This document shows positions 36,337-49,826 of a DNA stretch of 64,000 bases, in pieces. Position 1 is the stretch's first letter, and each line of letters begins with the position of its first letter. Under the pieces are notes generated by a model. That model had not been told where the DNA came from, made no database searches, and worked only from the letters and a program-made list of their open reading frames with translations. The DNA is taken from positions 118,296,001 to 118,360,000 of the forward strand of contig OZ024741.1 in the NCBI GenBank assembly GCA_964016885.1. Reading direction: 5' to 3'. Position numbers and translations under genes: made by a program. This stretch comes from Eledone cirrhosa. Taxonomy: Eukaryota.

Positions 36337-39300
36337 GTAGTGTGTAATATAAATTTTTTTTGTTTTGTTGTTGTCGAGAATTATTTCTAATTTAAGTACA
36401 AGGCAAAAAAAAATTTGGGAGAAGGGCAAAGTTGTTTAAATTAACCCCAATACTTGACTGTTACTTTATTTTAATTGAGTAGGATGAAAGGCAAAGTTAA
36501 CGTCGGTGGGATTTGAACTCAGAATATAAAGAGCCAGAACAGATACTGCAATGGCATTTTATCCAATGCTCTATCAGTTCTGTCAATCTACCACTGTAAT
36601 CACAATAATTGTTTTTACTTTTGGCACAAGGTCAGCAATTATCCCAGTGCATTACTGGTGTTTTATTTTATCGACCCCGTAAGCATGAATGGCAAAGTTA
36701 ACATCGGCAGGATTTGAACACAGAATGTAAAGGGATGTAACTATATGCCATAAAGCATGTTGTCCAAGGCTCTACCGATACTGCCAATAATAATTACCAT
36801 TACTTTCTTATTGCTACAATGGCAATGGATTAAGGACCATCACAGTGACGGGTTACAAATAAATATAATTGATGGTGATGATATACACAGAATAGAAATG
36901 TGTGATCGTCTCCAAAGGAGAAGACTACTCACTTGAATCAATCAAGGAACTTCACAGATCCAAGATTATTCTCACTACCAGTGATTTATTTATCCCCTCC
37001 TAGCTGTGTTCTATGATCTGTAGATGTATGTTGAAAGTAGGCCCATTCAAGCAGGTTATTCTCTTCACTCTTACACACCCTTCAGCAAATTGACCCTTGC
37101 CTTCTTCTTCAAGTGGAACTTGAACAAATTGATGGAGGCTTAACTGAAGAGAATAGTGTTGGTCTAGACCTTGATTAACATTTAGCAAAGTATGCACATG
37201 CTTAGGGCCTCGAGTATAGAAGGCTCCATAGAGGATCAGAAGGGAGATGGTCTTATGCAAGAATGAAAACTGCCAGTTGGACTGGTTCTCTCAGTGCATC
37301 TCCTTCACCATACTTTCAGATAATATATTTGCCATTCTGTCCAGAAGGATCATAAAGCAACAACAATGAAATAGTTACAGTGAATTGACAGAGTTGTTGG
37401 AACATCAGATAGAATGTTTTGCAGTATTCATTCCAGCCTTCTACACTCTAAATTCAAATTCTGCTGAGGTCAACTTTACCTTTCATCCTTTTGAGTTGAT
37501 AAAGTACCAATCCAGTAATGGGGTTAATTCTTCCACTATTTCTCTTTCTCCCTTCCTCTCTTTTTCTATCAGCTGTATTCTAACCAGTAGAGGGGAGGGC
37601 TCTGCCGAAGAAACGCCATATATCTCTATGGCACTCCTACTACTCTACCATGAGCTAATTGTCCATGGCAGGGCTATGGTGTTATCAATTGGTAACTGAC
37701 TAACACTATCAATCAATTGACAAGATCCCAGACCTTATTCGCTTACTGAGTTGGGTGGAACTCATCAAATTGGACTAAAAAAAAACAATGTTTCCATTGG
37801 TCTTACTATCTACCATTTCTGATACTATCTACCAGTCACAATTCCTGGAAGGGGAAAATAAAGTTTCTTGCTCAAGGACATAACACATTGGCCAGTCTGG
37901 AAATTGAATGGACAACCTCATGATTGCGAATCTAATTCTTTAACCATTAAGCTATGCACCTTCACAATACTAATTTTAAAATATAGATAAAATAAAAATG
38001 GTACTCTGGTGTTCTACAAAGTGTTTGAATGAGTATGTGCAGAACGATTTTGTTGCCTTGCAAGCATTTCAGACATACCTGGTTAATGGTGTTCTCATAC
38101 CTGTAGAATTTATCTCAAAATTGGCAATAACTTCTTCCCACTACTTCCATATCACTGGCAGGCCAGAGATTTCTGGAAGTTTTCTGGGCTAAGCTGTACA
38201 ATTGATTCTTATGGATATCCAGAGTCTCTCTGAGGACTTCATGACTCTTGTATACCATTAACCTTCTATAGCAGGGCTTTTCAAACAGGTACCCAACCTA
38301 TTAATTAGATGTAAAATAAATAAAATGGGCTGTGGCATTAAGAAAAAAATCTACAAAAATAAGCAATTGATTTATTATAAATAGGCATATTGGGTTATAA
38401 TACAAAATGCAGCTGTTGCTTTGAGTCACAGTAAAAAATAGTGTGTAAAATGCTGCTCTATAAAATATACATGCTGGTTGATAATATTTGCAGCCTGTAT
38501 ATTTATTATGAGTAATTGACTGAATTGTTAGAGTCTATATCTAAGTCTAAAGTCTGCTCATGGAGGCTCATCAGGCCGGTGTTTATCCTGGTTTCTGTGG
38601 CATTGACCGAGAGTACAAGACATCCTCCTGGACATGACGCCAGTTCATTGCAAGGTTAAACCCCCATGTTATTGCTGGTATTCATTTTCAGCACTGAATG
38701 TACTGGAGCAACATGAAATGAAGTGTTTTGCTCAAGAATACCACACACAACCCAGTCTAGAAATTGAACTCACAACATTATGATCATTAGTATGGCGGTG
38801 GATTGGCAGTATCGGTAGCGGGTCGGACGCCATGCTTTGACGCATAGAGTTACGGCCCTTGCCATTCTGAGTTCAAATCCCGCCGAGGTTAACTTTGCCT
38901 TTCATCCTTACGGGGTCGATAAAATAAAGTACCAGTAATGCACTGGGTAATTGCTGACCTTGTGCCAAAAAGTAGAAACAATTATGATCATTAGTCCAAC
39001 TAACCATTAGAGCATTGATCAAAATGTTTTGTAATATTTGTTGCAATTGTTTGCACTCTCAAATCAAATCTTGTTGAGGTAACTTTGCCGAGGAGAGTGC
39101 CAATAAAATGAATGACAAAATCAGGGTGCTGGATTGGTAAAATTATTAGGGCATCAGATAAGGTACCTTGTGGTATTTTTTCCACTGGTTTGTGTTCTGA
39201 TTTCAAATCTGGCCGAAACCTACATGGGTTGTAAACTTAATTTATCACATGGTTTCACACCACCACCTAACCTATTGGGGTCTCTAGATGAGTCCACTCT

Positions 39301-39518
39301 GTTGCAATCATTTAGACTAGGTCTCTAGTTTGAGGACACCCTTCTCTGTCTCCCACTAACCAATCTCAGAGATCCTGAAAAGGGTCATGGGATGTTATCT
39401 CTTTTTTCCTAACTAAAAAGTAAATATAAAGTCGGTTTGACAGAAAGAGTGCAATAAAATAAGTCCTAGACTTAAAAAAATAATACTGGGGTCAATATGA
39501 TTGACTAAATCCCTTTAA

Positions 39519-39733
39519 CCCTTTAGCATTTAAACCGGCCATATCCGGCCAGAATTCTTTCACCTGTTCAAACCAGCCATAATTGGCCACTGAAACTGAT
39601 GTTAAGGTATTCTTCTCAAAATAAATAATATCAAAATCTCATAGATTCGATGTTATGTGAGATATTTATGTGAGGTAAAGCCTTTACCATAAAAATATAA
39701 TAGTAAATATAGAGTAATGTAAATGCTAAAGGG
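39519..39733. mobile_element. piggyBac-type MITE
   Basis: TTAA|CCCTTTAGCATTT ... AAATGCTAAAGGG|TTAA. Confidence 0.88.
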
Positions 39734-39827
39734 TTAAGACAGTGCTACAACATGGCCGTAGTTTAATGAGTAAAACAGTAAAAAAAATGAAAAAAACTGA
39801 TATTGTATTATTGTCAATCTCTTCCAG

Positions 39828-39893
39828 ACATTCCAGTACATTGATGACTTCTTTCCTTTATTTCTTCAAACACTGAAAGATCCTTCTGATGAG
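39828..39893 (+). CDS. VAC14: VAC14 exon: TFQYIDDFFPLFLQTLKDPSDE
   Basis: CTCTTCCAG acceptor; GAG|GTAGGT donor; 66 nt. Confidence 0.93.
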
Positions 39894-39924
39894 GTAGGTT
39901 TAGAATTAGAGAAATGTTTGTTTG

Positions 39925-40415
39925 TTTATCATCACCTTCACCATCATTACCACCCTCACCACAGCCATCACCATCATTATCATCATCACCACTACCACCT
40001 TCACCACAGCCACCATCATCATCACCATTACCGCCATCACCACAGCTACCATCATCACCATTACCGCCATCACCACAGCTACCATCATCACCACTACCAC
40101 CTTCACCACAGCCACCGTCATCACCGGAGCTGTAATCATCACCACTACCGCCATCAGCACAGCCACCACCCTCACCACAGCCACCATCATCATCATCATC
40201 ATCACCATTACCGCCATCACCACAGCTACCATCATCACCACTACCACCCTCACCACACCCACCGTCATCACCGCAGCTGCCATCATCACCACTACCGCCA
40301 TCACCACAGCCACCACTCCGCCATCACCAAAACTGCCATCACCACAGCCACCATCATCACCCCCATCACCATAACCGCCACCACCATCATTTTCATCACC
40401 ATCACTGTCATCACA
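39925..40415 (+). repeat. (CAC/CAT)n low-complexity minisatellite
   Basis: Recurring CATCACCACAGC(C/T)ACCATCATCACCA units just downstream of exon 39893. Confidence 0.9.
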
Positions 40416-41190
40416 CAATTTATTCTCTTTTCATCTTTCATACCATTCACCTACATATAAATAGCTTGTAGTTTACAATCTTTGCTTTATTCAGCCTGTT
40501 ATAATTCTTTTTTTAACACAAACATCTTGTAGGTCACATCATTATCATCATAATTTAATGTCCACTTTCCCTGCTAGCACAGGCTGGTCAGGTCTTTACA
40601 GACCAAGTCAGTACTGAATTATGGCTGCTGACTTCGCAGACAGGCCTGGGGTTTGCATCTAACTTATTTATGGTTCCACATTCTACTGAGTGCATTTTAT
40701 TTTGGCACCAGCACTAGAGAAGTTGTCATGTCAACAAGAATCAATAATAATAATAATAAGGCAAATATTTTAAAAATAAGGAGCAATAGTAGACAATTCA
40801 CTGTCATACATGTCACTACATAGGCATGCGCTTACAGCTGGGATTGCGTGCACGTGTGCAAAAATATAGAATATAAAAAATATATAGAACTGAATATAAA
40901 GTTTGATTGTTCTTAAGTACTGCATCATGATGTATATCATCTGCATACTGTTGAGGTGTAGACTCATTTAATCCCTTTGGATACAATGTTTGGCTGTAAT
41001 ATAAAAAAGTTGAATATAATTTATGTTTACAAGCTGAAAATGTCTCTATTTTGTTTAAAATACATCCATTAGCATAAAGGATTTCCAAGACTTCAATAGC
41101 GCAAAGATCATTTTTTTATTGCCATTGTAACCTATATTAGATCTTTCTAGATTTAGGCCAAAAGTGAAGTCATATTCCTTCATAAAGGAT

Positions 41191-42725
41191 CATCATCATC
41201 ATCATCACCGTTTTACGTCCGTTCTTCCACGCTAGCATGGGTTAGACGGGTTGTCCTGTTGTGGGCAGTGTCTGGTCGGCTGACCATGCCTTGCTCATAC
41301 AGGAACTGATTTGGCTTGATTTCTACAGCTGGATGCCCTTCCTAACACCAACCTCATTTACAGTGAGTGCTGGGTGCTTTTTCGTGGCGCCTACACGTCC
41401 AATTTACAGTGTGGGCTGGGTGCTTTTTTTTGCCGTGGCACCTCCACGACCACCTTGCGGTGGGGGCATATTGTCTATATGCTTCAGCTTGTACCCATGG
41501 GAGGTCGGGTACACTGTATTACTGCGTGACGCCAGAGGTCACGGTCGTGTGTCATTGCCTTTGAGAGGTGTAATTGGGTAAGGTCGGCTTTTATCACCTC
41601 ATCCCAGGTCATCTTGGGTCTCTCCACTCCGCGGTTTCCATCAACTTCTAGTGCTCTGCACCTTTTTATGCAGCTGTCATCCTTCATACGCATCACATGT
41701 CCATACCAGCGCAACCGCCTCTCCTGCACACAGCATTTGATTCCTCTTATGCTCAGTCTCTCTCTCAATTCATTTATGCTTTGTCGTTCACGTATATTAC
41801 TGTTACACATCCATCGGAGCATGCAGGCTTCGTTTCTCTCTAATCTACGTAAGTCTTCCACCTTCAGCGCCCAGGTGTCACTACCATGTAACATTGCTGT
41901 TCGGATACACGCATCATACAGTCTGCCTTTCATTCTGAGGGAGAAGCCTTTTGCAGCTAGCAGTGGCAGTAGTTCCCTAAACTTCTTCCATCCCGTTCTT
42001 ACCCTAGTTATTGTACTATCTGAACACCCACCTCCGCTGCTAATTCGGTCACCTAGGGAGCAGAAGCTGTCTACTGTTTCTACAGAGCCCTCCCAGAGAT
42101 TGGTGGTACTTGTTTCCTGTGGCTGTTTGCTGCTTGCTGTCCCAGCACAGCTGCTGCATGTGAAGCCTACATTCTTAATTAAGCTTCCTGAGATCCCGCT
42201 ACATCTCTTGTGTACCCATTGTTTGCATTTGGGGCAGAGAATGGAGTTCCTACCTACACCTTTCCTACATACTGAGCAAGGCCATTTCCCTGAGGGGATC
42301 TGGGTTCTGTTTTCTCGTCTACTTACAAGGACCTTAGTCTTTGTCATGTTGACTTTGAGACCCTTTCTTTATAGTCCCTGCTTCCAAGTTTGGAATTTAT
42401 TCTCTAGTTCTACCATAGATTCAGCTATGAGTGCGAGGTCATCAGCATACAGGAGTTCCCATGGGCATCCGGTCTTAATCTCCTCCGTTATTGCCTGCAG
42501 GACTATGATGAACAGGAGGGGGCTAAGAACAGAGCCCTGGTGGACCCCAACCTGTACGCTAAATTCCTCGCTATACTCATTGTTAATCCTAACTTTGCTG
42601 ACTGCTCCCCTATACATGGCTTGTACCGCTTTCACAAGCCATTCATCTTCTCCTAGTTTTCTAAGAGCCCACCAGATTACAGCACGTGAAACTCTGTCAA
42701 AGGCTTTCTCAAGGTCGACAAATGC
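41191..42725 (-). mobile_element. RTE LINE subfamily B, 5'-truncated copy B4
   Basis: ORFs 41484-42347 and 42369-42635; TSD AAAGGAT at 41184-41190 and 42726-42732. Confidence 0.94.
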
Positions 42726-43175
42726 AAAGGATGTAGAAATGAATTAGAGTACATGTATAAACATTGCTGAAATCTATTAACTGTTAGACTTATGTAAGCC
42801 TTGCTAGTTGAGGGTGTATTAGCAGGAATATGCTTATCAAGTAATATAGTTTATAAATGTAATGTCGATTAACAAATTTTCCTTACATGGTAGTATGAAA
42901 CTATTCAGCTAATTTAAAAAACAAATAATCCTACAGATTTTTTTCATGGCATGCATTAGTTCTTCTCGCCTAGCTAAATGATGTAATTGGATCTCTTTTA
43001 TTCTCTTTGCATACAAATAACTGTAACTCAATTGAATGTTTTCACATGTTACTGTTATGACTTTCTATTTTTAGAGGCAATAGTTGCTTGTAATTTTTTC
43101 AAAATTATTTATATCTGCGTCCATGGATTAATATATTTCAGTTTCAGAAGATAAGGTTGAAAGCAGAAATTGTTT

Positions 43176-43405
43176 GGTCTATGTAGACTCATCCAACCCT
43201 TGCTAACAAGGAAAGTGGATGTTAAAATGATGATGATGATGTTATTAGCACAGATTAAAAGTTTCATCATCATCATCATCATCATGGATGTTAAACGATG
43301 ATGATGATGATGGAACTTTTAATCTGTGCTAATAATATCATCATCATCATCAGTTTAACATCCATTTTTTCCTGTTTGCAAGGGTTGGATGAGTCGACAT
43401 AGACC
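43176..43405. repeat. Inverted duplication (foldback) of a retroposon tail plus its unique flank
   Basis: 43176-43284 is the reverse complement of about 43297-43405, including TATTAGCACAGATTAAAAGTT / AACTTTTAATCTGTGCTAATA. Confidence 0.85.
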
Positions 43406-43737
43406 TAGTTAGTAATGAAGCGGGGCTACTGATCTCCCTGATAGGCCAAGGATCTGCATTTCACTTACATATGGTCACACATTCTACTGGGTTCACAGGA
43501 GAGGTTGTCATGTCTTTGACATAAGTGAAGGGACCCCCCCCCCCCCAACTCTTTCTTTTGCAAGCTTTCCATGGCTGGATGCCATTCCTATCACCAACTA
43601 CTTTACAGTATGTACTGGGTGTGTTTATCATATAAATCACCAACACTAGGGAGGCTGTCATGTTCTTGACACAACCGAAGGATCCTCCCAACCCTTGTTT
43701 AGCAAGTTTTCTATGACCGGATGCCCTTTCTATAACC

Positions 43738-43776
<39 letters not shown>

Positions 43777-43800
43777 TATATAATGCATTTATTTTTGCAG

Positions 43801-44030
43801 GTTGTACTTCTTGATCTTGAAGCTCTTGCTGAAATTTCGTCCAATCCAGCTGGTAAACAAACCAAAACCAATTCTGGCACAGGAGAAGCACCAAAGAATG
43901 AAGAAAGGAGTTCTAACACAAAAGTTCTGACTAGTCTTAATCATTATTTTGATAAATTCATGAGAGAACTTATTCAATTATTTCATCGAGAACAGAACCT
44001 ACTTGAAGAAAAAGGGACCTTTATACTACG
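43801..44030 (+). CDS. VAC14: VAC14 exon: VVLLDLEALAEISSNPAG...NHYFDKFMRELIQLFHREQNLLEEKGTFIL(R)
   Basis: TTTTTGCAG acceptor; CG|GTAAGG donor; 230 nt. Confidence 0.95.
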
Positions 44031-45222
44031 GTAAGGATCTCATATGTATATATATATGTGTGTCATCATCATCATGTGTGTATTTAGGTGCCTGACTGTG
44101 TATCTTTGTGTGTATATTTGTGTTTCTGTCTGTGTCTTTGTGTTTCCATCTGTATGTCTTTGTGTATGTATATTCTTGTTGTTAACATTGCCATCAAGCT
44201 TTAAATTTTTCTGTCATGTTTTATTGTTTTAAAAAAAAAATATTAAAAAATTTTTTTACTGATTAGGGAGGGAGAGAAGGGCAGTGCCCATGATCCCTTT
44301 TGGGGCCTTCAAGATTGGTGAGAGGGAGGAGGGAGATATTCTTCAAAATGGAAAGCTAGTTCAAATATTTAACAAAGAAGACTCTGCTAAAGACACCCAA
44401 AGACTTTGTGGTGGTGTTAAACCAAGTGAAAAATTAAGTCTACCTTCCATAAATGGTTAACACTATGTGCAAATTGATCTCAACCCCAAATACTCTTCAG
44501 ACGCCCTGTTCCCATATATATATATATATCATCATCACCATTTAATGTCCATTTTCCACGCTAGCATGGGTTGTCCAATTGTGAGACAAGCCAGATCAAA
44601 TGACTGTGTCTTGGCTTATTTTCTATGGCTGGATGCCCTTCCTAATGCCAACCACATTTACAGTAGGTACTGGGTGCTTTTTATTGTGGCACAAAATAGA
44701 CCTCTTTACAGAAACGGCTGGGCACGTTTTGACGTGACACCTACATGACCACTTTACAGTGGAGACTGGACGCCTTTTGTCATGTCACCAATTCAACCAC
44801 TTTACTGTGTGGACTATATATATATATATATTTGTATATAATAGAAAAAAAAACAGGAAGTTTTGTTTACATATAAAAAATATTTTTTGTGTATCGACCT
44901 GTTACGCACGTTTCACAGAGGATTGGCTCAAGGTAACCCATAGGAGTTATGAACCCAACTATCGATCTGCTCCTCAGACTGGTGATGTGACAAAGTATAG
45001 GTGATTCAGTGAATTACTGGTCGTGGTACCAATATGAGCATTCGATGTACAGGCAGAGTGCATATAGAAAAAAAATGAAGCTTCGTTTACATGTTTTTAT
45101 TGATTATTGACCTGTTATGTACAATTCTCAAATTATCAGCTCAAGGTCACCTATAGACCTGATATCAATCTGCTTATCAGACTTAGTGATTCAACAAAAA
45201 AAAAAAAAAAACACTATATATA

Positions 45223-45435
45223 CAGGTTGTTTAAAAAAAATTTGACATCATTAGCCTGTTTCCAAGGTTGTCACATTAAAATATATATTGTGAATTAGTG
45301 TTATAATGTTGACAAACTTTAAGGAATAAATCTTATGTTGCTCATCATTAAGCCTGTCCAGTCATGTTGTCCTAGACTTTGTAGTTTCTGGCATATTTAC
45401 AACTCAAATGATATTAATTTTTTTGAATCACCCTG
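45223..45435. mobile_element. Tc1/mariner-type MITE
   Basis: TA|CAGGTTGTTTAAAAAAAATTTGACATCATT ... AATGATATTAATTTTTTTGAATCACCCTG|TA. Confidence 0.65.
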
Positions 45436-45807
45436 TATATATGAGATCAACATACCCAGAATTAACAAAAGCATCCAGGACAGAGCACCCCCTTAGTGCC
45501 CCATGGGCTGCAACTGTCAGCACAACCTCTGAGAGAGATTGCACATATTTATTTCAACAAGCCATGATATCCATCAACAAGAAAAGCCACTTAATATTTT
45601 GCTGCCACCAGAGAAATGCTTTGTTAGCTAACTTCAGACCACAGGCTTAGGATATGTCACAAAATCATTTCGCTTCCACACAAACTACATAACCCCCACT
45701 CTCGAACCAGCATGTACACCATAAAAACAACTACATTAACTTCAGACCAACCAAAAGAACACCAATATCACAGGAACCAAATAAATATTAGTTGTAAGGG
45801 TGCTATA

Positions 45808-46126
45808 TGTAGTTAGAAAAAGCTATCTCACTTACCGCTTTTCATAGGCGCCGCTAACTCCACTGCTGGTTACTCCTCGTCCGCCTGCGTCCAACTGCTT
45901 AACACCAGGAGCTGCATAAACTGGCGTTCACACCGTTGCTAGGCACTCCACAAACTCGCGTTCACGCCGTTGCTAGGCACTGCACAAACTGGCGTTCACA
46001 CCGTTGCTAGGCACCACTAGAGAGCGCCCTCTGCTGGCCCTTCCGGTCGAGCGTCCTTCCGGCCAAGCACCCTTCCGGTTGAGCACTCCCCCACCTCCGG
46101 CCACCGCACGCCACACCATACCCCCC
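45808..46126 (-). repeat. 3' LTR; inner end merged into the PPT poly-C run
   Basis: Direct repeat of 49827-50145. Confidence 0.92.
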
Positions 46127-46246
46127 CCCCCCCTGATCTCAAGGATCAATTTCCCCCTCGTCCCTCTGCATGTGAAAGTCTGCTGTCCAGGTTGGTGGTT
46201 TACGACTTCTTTGCGATCTCCGCAGTGGTGGGGCAGCACTTTGGGT

Positions 46247-48997
46247 TTACTCTTCCTCGGAGTCCGTTGACACAGTGATTCTACGTACATCCAGGACATG
46301 ACGTGGTACTCCGTCCACGGACACATTGTTCTGTGAATTTACGGCCGTCACTGCTCCCCTTCCCCATTGAGATGTGCAACGTGCATCTGGGGGTTTAACC
46401 CAGACTTCTTCGCCCACCTGCACGAATGCACTCTCTCTCCCCACTGGCCGTTGTGGTGGCATGCACAGGTGCCGCCACTCGTATCTGAATACTGCTCTGT
46501 GTGACACTGATTCCTCGACCTGTCCCACCTGAGTGGACATGTTGTACCAGAACACTGCCTCCATTGGTGAGATATGGCCCCGCCCCGCCATTGCCTTGAT
46601 CGTCCGGTGGTGTCACTCCACAATTCCATTCCCGCTCGGCCTGTGCGCCGCTCTGAAGAAACGGTCCACTTTCCATCCATCGAGCATCTCCCTCAGTGCC
46701 TCCGAGTGGAACGCTGCGCTGTTGTCCATCAGCAGTTCGTCCACAGGGCCCCGCTCCAAGAAAACCTCTCTCAACGTCCGCATGATTTCCTCGGCCGGTC
46801 CAGTCTTCATCTCTCTCCATATCGCCATCCGTCCTGGTCCACAGTCGACCATCGAGAGGTACGTTCCCTGTCGGTAGTGCGTTACATCCACCGCCAATCG
46901 CTTCCAGTCGCGATCCACCGGGAGGCTTCCTGTTTCGTGTACACCCGGGGCAGGATCAATGGACTGACATCGGACGCAGCCTCTAACCACCCTTTGAACA
47001 CTGTGTCTGTTAACGTCCGAGTCGATTCTCCTGGCTAGGAACAGGCTCCTATCCACTCCCATGTGGTGCATGTCATGCAACCCTTTCAGATCCGACTCGG
47101 TCAGCCGACACACGGCAGCTATCTCATCTTCTACCTCCTCCGGCGCTTCCATCCAGGCTTTCTTCACCCTAGTTAAGATGTCCGCCCTATTTTTCTCTGA
47201 GGGCACGAAAACTACGCTCAGCCTCAGGTCGAACTCGGTGGCCAGCTCTCCTAAAGTTCCCAGGCGGCGCTTTATCAGCATCTCCGCCGCCCCTCTCGTT
47301 CGCACTCTCTTCTCACTGGTGAGCACTGATATTACCCATCCGAGTACAGTAGCCGAATCAGTGCGTATCTCGATGGTGCGCAGCCCCCACCTCAGGGCGA
47401 GGTTCACCCCTCTCAACACTGCGTCCAGTTCGGCCACATTGATGTGGTTGCAGTCGTCCTTCTTCCTAAGCCAGGCTGCATCCTCGACTTCAACACCTCC
47501 TATCTCCAACGTGACACCCAGCGCTATGCTGCTGGCATCGCACCATACGGTTCCGCTCTGTGATTTGGGAACATACCAGCGTCTCCGCACTGGGTCATCG
47601 GCCTTCACCCTCCCCACGATCTCCTGCATCATGGCCACCGTCCTCTCTCCCACTCTGTCACTCCAAATCACTCCTCCCGCTTGTCTCTTGACATAGCTGC
47701 ATGCCGTCCGGAGCCACCCAGCGATCAGGTAGTGACCCACCAGCTTTCCACACACCGAGAAAAGCTCCTGCCTACTCATACTTGGGCCCAGTTCTGGAAC
47801 TTGGTTTCCCCTCTGGAATACCAAGACGCCCGTCCTGTCTCACCGTAGCCTAAGTCCCAGCGTGGCTCCTTCCTCCAATGCTTCCGACGGCTTTGCCGCC
47901 AGTCCATACCCCTATAAATGGCTCGTGACCTCCGCCGCCGACACCACAGACTCGTCCACTAGGATGTCGTCAATATAGGAGTTAGTAGCCCTCTTCATCT
48001 TGTCGGCCTTTCCCAGAATGGTCTTGAGGACCACCGCCATGATCTTCGGTGCGGAGCTCAGCCCGAAACCGAGCCTGGTCAGGCAATATGTCCGGCTCTT
48101 ATACCTGACCAGCTGATACTGCCAGAGCTTCTCGTCTATATGCAATTGCAAGTATGCTGACTTTAGATCTACGATTGCTGAACCCCGCGTCATGCGTCTC
48201 CACTCATGCAGGGTTTCCCCACAGACATCCGTGACCTCGCCACCCGTGTGGCATGACACGTGCTTGTTCAGCTCCCGAAAGTCCAGCACTGGCCTCACCT
48301 TGTTCTTCGTGGGTTGCACCACCGCCATTAACGGCAATACTCCGCACTTCACCTCCTCCTTCCAGGGAAGCAGTATGCCCTCTTCAATCCATCTCTCTAC
48401 CTCTCGCTCGAACTCGCTCCTAATGTTTCCGTTTCCCTTCAATGTGTGTTGATAGCAGTTCACTTTGGTCTTCAGTGTTGGTGGTTCTCCCTTCCAGTAC
48501 CACTCAACAACCCATCGCTGCCCATCGAACACGGCCTTGAAGTCTTTGTCCTGCACAGTGTAAGCGGGGTATTTCTCATCGTGGGCCTTCTGGTTCTCCT
48601 GTCGTGCACTCACAGCGCATACCGATGCAGCGGCGCCAAACGACACACCGATGTTGTTCACTGTGACGCCTCCTAGATGGCCAATTGCGTCCATGCCCAT
48701 AACCACGCCGATCCCATACACCACGCTGTCTACTACGATGGCAGAAAGCCTTATTTTCCTTCCCCGTACCGCCATCTCCACCTCGCTGCGACCTCGGCAT
48801 TCAATTTTCCTGCTGTTGACTGCCCTTACGCTGCTCTTCCCTCTCCACCTCTGCGCCCACCCCCGTGGTCACCAGTGTCGTCGTACAGCCCGTGTCCACG
48901 AGGGCTCGCTGTGGCTTTCCCCTCACGAAGACTTCCACCACGGGCAGCGCCGCTACTCGTAAGAGGCAACTACCGGCGCAGTAGTTCCCCTTGGATC
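46247..48997 (-). pseudogene. pol: aspartic protease, RT, RNase H, integrase; several frameshifts and stops
   Basis: ALVDTG at about 48890; VLDFRELN, DLKSAYLQL, RLGFGL, YIDDILV; WCDAS, HINVAELDAV, TDS, NRADIL; HHCC zinc finger (HDMHHMG..CVRC), VDV, MDN, GNGIVE. Confidence 0.92.
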
Positions 48998-49710
48998 GTT
49001 TCCCTGGTTGCAGTTAGTAGCGTGGCCTGGTCGCTTACACCGGTAGCATGTTATTTCTGGCCTTGACTCTCTGCAGTCTCTAGCCATGTGCGGACCCTGG
49101 CACCTAAAACAGCGACCTCTAAACGTTCGCGGAAGACCGCGTGCCGTGGTTGCCTCCCTTTCACCATTTCGCTGCCAGCTGTCTTGAGCCTCTGTAGTTG
49201 CTATCGCCGCAACACTCTTTTTGGCATCTTCCGCTATGATCCGGGCTTGTTCCACCAGTGAATGCATTTTCATTTCTTTATAACCCGGGACTTGCTGCAG
49301 TTTCACCGCTATGTCGTCTGGAAATCCATTTATGAACGCCAACCGCACCGTGCGTTCGCATTCCACCTGATATCCAGCCAACATGGCCAACCGCCGTATT
49401 TCCGCTGCGAAAATGTCGACGCACTCACCATTCCATCTGATTCTCGCCAGCTTAGCAAAAGCGACTAACGGTCCCTCGGCAAATGCATCTATCAGGCACC
49501 TCTCAATCTTTTGCGCATCTCTTTGGCTGTGTTCGTCCAACTCAAGGAAGAGTACCAACGCGTCCCCCTCGAGGTACAGTGCCATGAGGCCAGCCACATC
49601 TTCTACTTCTGCAAGCTTGCGACCAGCCGAACTTTCCGCAGCCAAGCGACAACATCACCTTCCCCGGTAAATGCCCTGATAGCTTCGCTTGTTCGTAGTC
49701 TTGTCGCCAT
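48953..49710 (-). pseudogene. gag with two zinc knuckles; frameshift near 49610
   Basis: MATRLRTSEAIRAFTGEGDVVAWLRKVRLVA... then ORF 48953-49645; CFRCQGPHMARDC and CYRCKRPGHATNC. Confidence 0.85.
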
Positions 49711-49826
49711 CTTCTGATTTGTCTTGCGGTACATGATAAAAAAAAACAACAGACTCCTCTCTGTTTTTCCAGTAGCTTTTTTTCTTTTTTTTTCAATCAG
49801 ATCTGTTTCCAGTGGCCGAAATAGCT

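Noticed and set aside
41614-42747. 377-aa ORF, and similar ORFs antisense to the other RTE copies
   Set aside because: These are shadow frames of RT coding sequence, broken at different places in different copies, with no recognisable motifs.
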